From: Nemertoderma westbladi
Taxonomy: Eukaryota > Animalia > Xenacoelomorpha
Length of the DNA stretch: 51,003 nucleotides
NCBI GenBank assembly: GCA_032718475.1
Contig: JAUCBJ010004960.1
Coordinates: 1 to 51,003, forward strand
Direction: 5' to 3'
Below, in pieces: positions 26,341 through 36,900 of this stretch. The notes beneath the pieces were generated by a model. It had not been told where the DNA came from, made no database searches, and worked only from the letters and a program-made list of their open reading frames with translations. The stretch's first letter is position 1; each line of letters starts with the position of its first letter. The position numbers were made by a program, and so were the translations under genes.

Positions 26341-27197
26341 ACATACAGAAATATCCTTACATGGGAGACGTAATTCAATTGGTTTAATATTTCAAAACTC
26401 AAAGTTACGATTTCCACTAATGCTAATGTGCATATCAGAAATAAAGCTATTTTGTATACGTGTATCAGAAATTTTAGTATAATGTTGATTTTCCTTTATA
26501 TATTTCCCAAATTTAAAGCAATACTTTTTTTTTCAAGTGAGCCTAATGAGCTCGTATATTATTAATAAGGGAAACCAGAGTAGACCGCACACATCAATTA
26601 AGCGGAAAATTCAAATAATGTCTCAAGTATATTTGAGACAATATAACAATATATTATTATATAAACACGTCATCATAATATTTATATGAACATTTAATGT
26701 TTTCGTTTTTTTTATTATACATTACTAATTTTTTGACACAGCATCTATTTTGGTACATTGGCAGGAGTTTGCAGTATCATAGCTAGTGTTGCTAGCTCCT
26801 GTCACCGGTAAATCTGGGGTGGGGGGTGATGTTTGTAGGAGTGGTAGTCTTGGTGGTTGATATATATTATTTCAGTAGCCCTACCCATGAGTAGGTCGGC
26901 CAGGATCTAGGACACTTCCCCCCCGGACACTTCCCCCCCGGACACTTCCCCCCCGCCCAAGTAGGACACTTCCCCCCCGGACACTTCCCCCCCGGACACT
27001 TCCCCCCCGGACACTTCCCCCCCAGTTAAAGTGTTAAAATTAATCTGGGTGATTCAAAGCAATAAACAAAAGTTAAAGATGGTTACAGGACAAGTTGTAT
27101 CTAGACAAGTTTTTCAAAATTATAAAAGAAACATTTTTATAGTCAAATTTTGTTTGTTTTTCTTTTAATTCCTTTAATTCTTTTAATTTCTTTTAAT

Positions 27198-27330
27198 TGG
27201 GGGCTGCCGCCCCCAAACCCCCGCTTCTTTTGTTGGGGGCTACCGCCCCCAAACCCCCTCTTCTTTTCTTGGGAGCTGCCGCCCCCAAACACCCGCTTCT
27301 TTTCTTGGGGGTTATCGCCCCCAGACCCCG
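27198..27330. repeat. ~36-bp tandem repeat (TGGGGGCTGCCGCCCCCAAACCCC..TTCTTT), 4 copies, inside the MULE-like element
   Basis: Directly visible; each unit contains a GGGGGC..GCCCCC hairpin. Confidence 0.8.
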
Positions 27331-27363
27331 GCATTTCCCTGAGTGCCCGTGGTGAAAGACTAA

Positions 27364-28604
27364 CCCTTTCACTACTATGGCATAACAGTTAGGTCACACC
27401 TACTGTACTATGGCCTAGGTGTTATGCCACGAAGTACTAGGAGCTCTATGGCCACATAAACATGTCAGTCTGATAGCTGACACACCCATTACATGTTCAG
27501 TACTCTTCCTCATAACAAAATTAAGTGGTAATTTCAAATTTTAATTGGTTGTTTTGGTTTTTGGTAGGGCTGTAGAGCAGTAAGTATAATGGAATATAAA
27601 GGCCTGCTGGTACTGGTAATAAAATGTCTGTCAGTCTGTCTGTCAAAAAATAAGGAAGCATATTATGTAATGAAAACATTCGCCATGGGGGTTTTCCAGG
27701 TCTCTGATTTCATTTCTGATGTCAGTTTTTACGACTGACCAACTCTAGGCTGTCTGTGTCTGTATGTATGTCTGTATATGTCTGTTTGTCTGTCAGTCAA
27801 AAAATACGGAAGCATATTATGTAATGAAAACATTCGCCATGGGGGTTTTCCAGGTCTCTGATTTCATTTCTGATGTCAGTTTTTACGACTGACCAACTCT
27901 AGGCTGTCTGTGTCTGTATGTATGTCTGTATATCTGTTTGTCTGTCTGTCAGTCTGTCTGTCAAAAAATAAGTGGGGGTTTTCCAGGTCTCTGATTTCAT
28001 TTCTGATGTCAGTTTTCACGCCTGGCTCGACTCACAACACACTGTGTGACATAATATGCTTCCTTATTTTTTGACAGACAGACTGATAGACAAACAGACA
28101 TACATACAGACACAGACAGCCTAGAGTTGGTCAGTCGTAAAAACTGACATCAGAAATGAAATCAGAGACCTAGAAAACCCCCATAGCGAATGTTTTTATT
28201 ACATAATATGCTTCCTTATTTTTTGACAAACAGACTGACAGACAAACATACATACATACAGACACAGTCAGCCTAGAGTTGGTCAGTCGTAAAAAAGGAC
28301 ATCAGAAATGAAATCAGAGACCTAGAAAACCCCATAGCGAATGTTTTTAATACATAATATGCTACCTTATTTTTTGACAGACAGACTGACAGACAAACAG
28401 ACATACATACAGACACAGACAGCCTAGAGTTGGTCAGTCGTAAAAACTGACATCAGAAATGAAATCACCAACCCTTAAAACCCCCAAAGCGAGAATGTTA
28501 GTAGATTTAATTCTTTCTTAAGTCTTGACAGACAAACTGACAGAAAGACCGACAGACATCAGTACGTGGGGAACACATACAATCTTGAATCAGTAGTGAA
28601 AGGG
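27364..28604. mobile_element. piggyBac-like non-autonomous element nested in the MULE-like element
   Basis: 13-bp TIRs CCCTTTCACTACT / AGTAGTGAAAGGG flanked by CTAA (left) and TTAA (right); interior made of ~130-155-bp units in opposite orientations. Confidence 0.8.
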
Positions 28605-29600
28605 TTAAGACCACTTTGAAATAATTAATTCATGTTTGTATCATCAGATAATAAATTGACTAAGCCTAAAGTAGGAGCTGTATTGAATATTAACCAATTT
28701 AATATATAAATTACTACAATATTATATAATTCAACAAAATCCTATTAAAAATATTGCAAGTAACCAGGAAATTTAATATGTAGTGTGTATAATATCCATA
28801 TAGTATAGTATGTATATCAATATGTAATGCTGAACACAGAATACAGGTCGACGCATGTCGATTTTACCCTGGAGAGGTATAGTTTTGATTGCAACAATAA
28901 TATTCATTCCCATCTGCTACAATTTGAAGAAGACTATTACATAATAATACCTACTGTATAATTAAAACAATTAATTATTATAATTCTATAGTTAATAAAG
29001 TACATAGTAAATAAACAGTATATCATTCCGGGGATGGAATTTATAGGTCATCTAATATAATTAATTGTTTAAAGATTCGCAAACAATACGATGTAATTGC
29101 ATTGATAAAACCCATAAATAAAACTTGAATATAAAATGTAAAATCGGGATGAAAAAGATCACTTTCTGTGCTACGAAAGGAAAATTGGATGCAACTTATC
29201 TGGATACAAGCGGTCCGTTTACCTTACAAAATGAAAAATACGAATGTGCGAAGTTAAGAACAGTCGGGGGGGGGAAGTGTCCGCGGGGGGGAAGTGTCTG
29301 GGGGGGAAGTGTCCGGGGGGGAAGTGTCCTACTTGAGCGGGGGGGAACTGTCCGGGGGGGAAGTGTCCGGGGGGGAAGTGTCCGAACACCGGTCGGCCAG
29401 TATCGCCTGTGACTTGTTATTTAAGTGCGGTTATCGGTTACCAAATAGGTTTTGGAAAATTGTTAATTTCGTTTATTTATTAATTGCTTTTTTTAAATTG
29501 ATAGCTAATGTTTTTTTTGAATTATTTAATTTTATATTTGAATCTAATGCATTCCATACTTTTGTGCCTTGAAATTTTAACGATTTTTGCGTCTGTACCA

Positions 29601-30614
29601 TTTTTTTTCATTTTTTTTTTCATTTTCATTTGTTTTATTTACTTCAAGCATTGTTACAGTATATATATACTTATAATTGCACATTTTATTTAATGTGAAT
29701 TAAAAACTGACAAAGTTATGTTGATGAAGTAGGACGCCGCCTTGTCGCAATGCGAGTTGAGTGGCGGTCGCCCTAAAATGTGAAGCCTATGGATGATATG
29801 ATAATGAAGATGATCAGATCTATGCAACACCATCTGTTTATAAGCCCAAACTACACCCCCCCCCCCCTCACCCCCGGGTCGTCACTCCAGATACTCCAGC
29901 CCATTGTAGTCAAAACTCAATTTTAATATTGGTTATGCTGTATTATTTGCAACTGCAAAGTAGTACTTATATGAACGGTTTTTCATGTTTGAATAATTCG
30001 TTAGTTAAATTGTTTTTAAATAGTCCTTTAGAATTAATGGTACATATATATTCCGGAATATTATTCCACAATTTTGCCCCAGCGTATGCAAGAGATGCCT
30101 GGCCGAGTGTTAGTTGTTTCCGAGGTATAAAAAATTTGTTTGTTTCTGCGGCTCTTGTATGATATCGATGAATCTGTCCTACACGTTGAAAAGATTTTGA
30201 AAAGTCAGTAACTTCATATTCATAGAAAACGGAATGCATTAGTAGACCTAATTGTAGACAGTGTAAGTGCTGAATCGGTAATATACGTAAATTATGGTAA
30301 ATTGGAAATGAATGGCTTTGGTTATCAGAATAGGTGATGCACCTTAAAATTTTATTAACTTTAATACGAATTTTTTGTATTTGACTTTGTTTGGCTCGAC
30401 CCCAGACTATTAAGCAATACTGGATATATGGGTGAACGAGGGAGTAGTAAAGTTGCTTTAAAGTATTAAGAGAAAACAGATGCCGTAATTTATAAAACAA
30501 TCCTGAACATTTTGATATTTTTTTTAAAACAAACTCTATATGTGCTTTCCATGTTACATTAGCATCCATTATTACACCTAGATATTTAATCTGTTGCACT
30601 TGTTTCAACCTTGT
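29601..30614 (-). mobile_element. L2/CR1-group (Crack/Daphne-like) LINE, 3' part: RT C-terminus, 3' UTR and tail
   Basis: ORF 29967-30608 has KYLGVIMD..W..HI, LKQLYYSLVHPYIQYCLIVWG, H.YHTR, YAGAKLWNNIP. The minus-strand tail is AATAAA followed by ATGAAAA/poly-A repeats ending at 29601, next to TSD TCTGTACCA (29592-29600). Confidence 0.88.
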
Positions 30615-31796
30615 TGTAAAAGCTTTTGCGGAATTAGCTGGTTATTTTCCCCGTAAAGTACTCTGTAGTTGGTTTAACAGGCATAAAAGGCCGTGTCCTT
30701 ACTGTACTGGTGTTTTAGTGGACATAAAAAGCCATCTCTTCTGTATGTGTACTTTAGCGGACATAATTAGTAATTCTATGACGCAATGCGCTAGATCCTC
30801 TTGAAACAGTGTAGTTACTATGACGACAGCTAACAGCTGAGCTGTACGCGTGTAGTTTTTTCCTTGTTCTCTGGTGTTTCTTTGTTCGGTCAACCAATCA
30901 GAGCGATTCTCTTGCTTTTTGGACAGAAACCTCCGAGAAATCGCGCAATGCATTATGGGTCAATGTTTACATTTTTGTCCTGAGCCTAGAAGACCGGCTT
31001 TTGGAATCTCTGTGTTTTTCAGTCTTTAGCCCAACATTAGTAGGCTTAATTATAGAACGTATATCTGTTATCATTACTCACATATCTTAACATAACATAA
31101 TCATAACCATTCATACCTTAACATTTGTACTGCTATTTACTGTCGGTTATTCATTATATCGGTTGATGGAATATTATTATATTTGGAATACCGATAAATA
31201 ATTACAAAACCCTCAATCTTCTTGATATACTGAAGGTAAGAGAGACCGGTTACATATAACGATTGCGACTTACATTAAAGTGGTTCTGAAATGAATCTAA
31301 TGCTATTTCATAGGCACTACATGTATTGGTTGTTGTTCTCTTTATATGTGATTAAAATTAGCGAAGGTCGGCAGATCGGTGTGCAGCATTGTGCAGTATT
31401 GTGTATGATTGTGACTGTTAACAAAGCATCTCCTAAAGAATGCGCCATATACGTGAATCTATAGCCATCCCGTTGTGTCTAGTTTAAGTCATAACTCTGT
31501 TTACATATTTAGAGCGCCACGTCCTAAAGGAACTGTTAATATTTCCCGAAAGTGAATAATATTTGTCAGAGATTATATATTACGATCAGTCGAATAATAC
31601 AGTAGGCCTACACCGCAATACGGTTAGGCTTCCGAATCCAGTCTCCCGGGTATATCCACCGGGTGAATGGTCGCGCATAGACTGGCTTCGGCTAATATAG
31701 TGTATCAAATACTCGTCATAGGCTAAAGACGATTTATTATCTAGAAGACATCCCAATTTGGCAGGTTAAACTGCTAAAGGTCTGAAAGCGCGAACA
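30615..31796 (+). repeat. 5' LTR (1182 bp)
   Basis: TGTAAAAGCTTTTGCGG...GAAAGCGCGAACA; about 10 substitutions and 1 indel against the 3' LTR by eye. Contains CCAAT (~30894), Inr-like TCAGT (~31019) and a donor-like AAG|GTAAGA (~31236). Confidence 0.97.
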
Positions 31797-31808
31797 ATAA
31801 CAGATATA
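31797..31808 (+). promoter_or_regulatory. Non-tRNA primer-binding site ATAACAGATATA, complementary to LTR positions 31060-31071 (candidate self-priming PBS)
   Basis: Abuts the LTR-terminal CA, lacks TGG, and is the exact reverse complement of TATATCTGTTAT at 31060-31071 and 45690-45701. The function is inferred. Confidence 0.65.
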
Positions 31809-32076
31809 GCTTCTGTATTGCAGTAGGCAATAAAGTTGAAGTACCGGCCAACCGGTACCTAGTAGGCCTGACTACCTAACCAATCAGACCGGTACCTACA
31901 GCAGTACAGGTACAGCAGTATTATTCGAATTTGATAATTATATACCGGTAGGCCTTAATAATTAATCAGGGACGGCCGCCCTGGTTTTTTATTGAGATTT
32001 TACTTGTTTCTGTCAGGTTTTATTTATTTGTAGGTTAATATTGAGCAGAAGACATGTAAGCCTGCTCAGATTGTAC

Positions 32077-32656
32077 AGATAATTTGTAGGCTGGACTGTT
32101 GTCTGACTATCGTTAAGTCTGAAAGGACTGTAGTGTGTGTAGAGCGTATGTCCGAAAAAGTACCAGTTAGGAAAGTAGGGGCTTCCAGTGCTGTGAGGTA
32201 AACCCCCTCGAAAGAATAAGTCGTACTACTCGGTTAGAACGCATACTAACTAACCATTTCGGAGTCTGCATATACTGTAGTTTATTTAGGCTTGATAGTA
32301 GTCTGCCAGCGTTTGGTTTGTACTTTGTTTGTGTAGTCTGTACGGGTAGCGTAATATTTCTTATTTAGATAATTTGTAGGCTGGATTGTTGTCTGGCTGT
32401 TGTTGGGTCTGAAGAGATTGCGGTGTGTGAGGAGTGTATGTCCGATAAAGTGCCAGTTGGGAACGTAGGGGCTTCCAGTGCTGTGAGGTAAACCCCCTCG
32501 AAAGAATAAGTCGTCCTACTTGGTTAGAACGCATACTAACTAACCATTTCGGAGTCTGCATATACCGTAGTTTGTTTAGGCTTGATAGTAGTCTGTCAGT
32601 ATTTGGTCTGCATTTTATTTGAGTAGTCTGTACGCGTAGCGTAATATTTATTATTC
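32077..32656 (+). repeat. 290-bp tandem duplication in the BEL 5' leader
   Basis: agataatttgtaggctgga.tgttgtctg starts at 32077 and 32367; the shared core ggggcttccagtgctgtgaggtaaaccccctcgaaagaataagtcgt is identical. Confidence 0.9.
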
Positions 32657-33970
32657 AGAGTTTATGCGATTATTCGCAACATTCATATCCCCAAGTTTAT
32701 TCCTACAGTAATTGTGCTTGTTATATATACCGTTATAGTTAAACTAACCCCGGTACTACATCAGGGCTGCTTGGTGTAGGTCAAGACTGGTGATTTTGTG
32801 CCCCGGTCACTCCAGCAGATACTGTGGTTCTTTTAGCTGTTCAAGTATTTTTAACTACTGATTATTAGTTGTATAAGTACTTGTACCTAATTTAGGGTTT
32901 AGTGTACAGTACTTTCCGAAGGTAATTAGTGTGTAGGCAGTATATTTGTGTTGTAAAGTGGTTAATAGGCACGTTGGTTCTGGTAGACCGCGGTAGTTAA
33001 CTTCTAGGTAGGAACACTCCGTGATACATAACGTAGTACTTATAGCGATACGGCTATAAGTCGTCAGACGGTGGTATTTTTTCTATCTGGACAACGCAGT
33101 ATATTTACTACCGTAGTACCCTGTCTGTTTGTAATAACCAGATATTCTAACCCTTTGTTAGACTGGTTTGTAGACTTCTTGTAAAATTACCCTAAAAATT
33201 CGTACTTGTAATTTTTGTGTTTATTTAGAGATTGTAATCTCACCCCGAATTGTATGTAATTTGTAGTATTAAGTAACTTAGGTAAATTAGAATTATTTGT
33301 TTTAGTGTCCAACAAGTAGCACTTCACTGAGAGCGCACAGCTTCTGTGTAGTGACTCTTTCCCAGAAATAATAACATTTATTTCAAATATTGACAAAACC
33401 CATTATACGGGTATATATATTATAAATCAACTCAAACCGATTTATAAAATAGTAGGCCTGTCTTACAATAATTAGGTCTAAATATCAGTTGGACTACTGC
33501 TTACATAACGGTAATAAAGTAAAGTAAAGTAACCAAGTAACCCCCTAAAATTCAGAAATTCAATTATTTAAAATAATTGACATACCGGTATTTACAATAG
33601 GCTTATTATATTTATTTCTATAAATTTAGGCTAAATTATATACCGGTATTCTGTGATTAATTCTAGTCTGTAATTATACTTATATATATACATTACAAGT
33701 GTAAGCTGTATACCGGTATTCACGATAGGCCTATCATATATTTATATATATTTACGCTAAAATTATATACCGGTATTCTGTGACAAACCTAGTCTGTAAT
33801 AATACTTATATATATACTATAAGCATACCGGTATTCTAATATATTATATATATATCACGCTACACTGAGTAGCAGTATCGGTAATTAATTACTAGGCTAA
33901 CAGTGATACTGAATTACTAGACTTGCTTAAACTGTAATATAGCAGTAGGCATTCAACTGTACAAACAAAC

Positions 33971-36900
33971 ATGTCTGACACAAAGCAAAACCTGTCAGAC
34001 AGTCTCCTAGATACAACCATCTGTGACCCAGACAGGAGTGTGGAACGTGTGAGACCGAAGTTCAACTCACCTCCTACTGTAAGAAAGATCATCCCTCCAG
34101 TAGTAGTATCAGACCCTAGGCTAGTCCAACACCGTAGGTCTATCATAGGCACTCGAGCTCAGGTCAAGCGGGACCAAGAAGCAGTGGAACAGCAGCAACA
34201 CTCTAGCCGAGAACTTATTTCTCAGCGGACCGACAGCTCCAGTGGTGAGGATACTGTAGAGCTGACACCCGAGCACGGAGCAAAGATGACAGATGCGGTT
34301 TATTCGGATCCCCTTCTCATCTTTCCTGCAGCCGTACTCACTAGGGTATTGATTGCGGTGGAGGAACACCAGATTGATTGGGCGAGAAGTAAGCGATCGA
34401 CTAAGGATAGTTATGCGGGATACACAAGGGAAGAACTGAAGTCTATTGTCGAGTCGCAATGGAACTTCCCCGGACCCGGACTCCCATTTGACTTATCGGA
34501 AGCTGCCTGGGAAGACATACACAGGATGGGAGTAACAAAGGAAACCATCGATCCAGCTGTGTGGAAGAGGTCCACAGCAGGATACGTACAGGGATTCTTC
34601 AGCTCTTTGGAGAGATTAGAGGAACAACTGTTTCGACAACCCCAAGGACCTCAAGAGCAGGGAGAGCTGCTTTATCAAGTTCGAGAAAGAATTCTAAGAA
34701 TCAGACTAATCCTATCGGCCTTTGAGGAGGCTTCGAAAAGAAGACAAGACACGTCGTTGCAAGTTGCCGTATAGACTTGGTTACATCGGGTGAGTCTCCA
34801 AGTTCAAAAAACTGCCCCGTGGAAATCTCAGTTAGATGAGCGCTCAACCCTTGGAGAATCAACAGACGCTACCTTTTCCCAAGTGGAAAGTGAAGCGACA
34901 GCAGAGAAACCGCATAAGAGGGATGCTATTGACATCTATCTGTCAGACTATCAACGCTTTGTAGGTGACGAAGAGTTGAGGAGACGGCTGGATGGACTTA
35001 GCCCTAATAGTGAAGGAGCCAAGCTTGTGTTGGACGCAATCGATGCGGATATGAGAGCTGCGAACCAAGCTAAATTTGATGAACGCCTCCGCATCGCTAG
35101 AGTCCAAGAAGAACAAGTAAAGAAAAAACGTATAGAAGACAGAAAGACAGCGGCAGTGGCAGCAGCAGTAGCAGCGGCAGAAGCGAAAAGAAAAGCGGCA
35201 GCGGCAGCAGCAGCGGCAGAGGTAGAAGCGGAAAGAAAGGCGGTAGAAGTGGAAAGAAAGGCGGCAGCGGCAGCGGCAGAGACAGAAGCGGAAAGAAAGG
35301 CGGTAGAAGTAGAAAGAAAGGCGGCAGCGGCAGCGGCAGAGGCAGAAGCGGAAAGAAAGGCGGTAGAAGTGGAAAGAAAGGCGCAGTGGCAGCGGCCGAA
35401 GCAGAAAGAAAGGCGGTAGTGGCAGCGGCAGAGGCAGTGGCAGAAGCAGAACGGAGGGCATCTGAAGAAACAACCCAACTAGAGTTGGAAAATCTTCAAG
35501 AGAATCAAGACTGCATAAATAAACAGTTAACAGCTAGTCAAATGCAGATGATGAGTCGATCTACTCCCAAAAGACAGGGATATACATCATCTGAGGAAGG
35601 CAATACCACCGATCCTGAAGGCGGAGGAAATCGATCTCGCCTAAGCAGACGTAGAAGAATGTCCCACCGTCAGAAATTGCCTGATTTGCCCCCAGCTGTT
35701 AGAAGGCAACTAGCTAGCACAGACTTAGGTAGTACAGAACCCACACACCAAATAATTAAAATAGAAAGACTCCCTACTATAGTAGATGAGCCTGAAATAA
35801 TTAGGCCTGTTCTCGAAGCCACCCCTTCGGTGATAGAGACACCTGTACTCCCTGAACCTACCTCTAAATTCCCTCTGCACAGCACTAAGCTACCTGTGCC
35901 CAGCAGAACGGCCCATGAGACAGTTCATGTCCTAGACTCCGAGCGAAATATTAATGATTTGTCGCCCGTTGTCCCTCGTCCGCCCGCTACAACGTTGGCG
36001 GCTCCCGCTTCGGCGGTCGAGTGGGTGGATGAGAGACGGCGGGGGATGGATCTCCTGCTCGGGCAGATGCAGGAGACTGTTAAGCAGTTCAAGGGCACAG
36101 TAAGGGAAAGTAGGTTAGAGTTGCAAGAAGTGCAGCAAAGTATCGCGTTAGAACGCGATAAATTAGTAAATACAAAAAAGGGTATACCACCACCCCCGGT
36201 AACAATGTGTCAACCTGTTAGGTCTGAAGTATCTCATGCGCAAGGTGTGGAGCCTACACGCATCTATACTGCTAGTGAAGTAGAAACTCCTATAGTGAAC
36301 CCTATTAAGGGTAATTATAAACCTGTTGACAATGATATCCCATATAGACTTGATAATAATCCGAGAAATTTATATACCGATAACTCGATATTAAATAACA
36401 CGATGGCCCAAGAAAATTTTACGCGTCAAATGGCTAGAACCGAAGCCCGTCAAGCGGTAAAGGTGGGAGAGATCGTCAAGTTCAATGGAGATGAGATGAA
36501 ATGGTTACCTTTTAATGAATATTACAAAGATAACATACAGAACTCTGTGCTATCAAATGGAGAGAAACTTAGATTCCTCATCGAGTGCTTGGAAGGATCT
36601 CCCAAGTTAATGGCGTTAAAGTTTATTGGACATCCAGATGGATTAAGACAAGTTTGGGATACCCTAAACATCAGGTATGGTAATAGGAATAACATAGCTA
36701 GGTATTTGTATGCAAAATTGGTAGCGCCCCGAAAATTCATTAGCAGCGGCATTATAGAGTTTTCCGATGAAATTCAGGAGATCTGTAGACAATTAGATTG
36801 GCTAGTTAAGTCTCATGAATATCAGAGTTCTATGGTTATTGGCGCCGTGGCCTCTACTTTACCGAAGGGTGGAGTAGGTACACGCTGGGATAAGAAAGTG

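Larger units (their letters stand above)
26903..29390. mobile_element. MULE/foldback-like non-autonomous DNA transposon, 2.49 kb
   Basis: 9-bp TSD GGTCGGCCA (26894-26902 and 29391-29399); GG...CC termini; inverted subterminal arrays of GGACACTTCCCCCCC (26910-27023) and GGGGGGAAGTGTCC (29266-29383). No transposase ORF. Confidence 0.8.

Noticed and set aside
27143-29572. Short ORFs with GGGSP / GGSVR / SGGEV repeats
   Set aside because: Translations of the transposon subterminal and internal tandem arrays.
30699-30953. 84-aa minus-strand ORF duplicated at 45329-45583
   Set aside because: Duplicated only because it lies in the LTRs; no recognisable motif.
34943-35478. Antisense Cys/Arg- and Ala/Ser-rich ORFs
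   Set aside because: Shadows of the gag 60-bp repeat.
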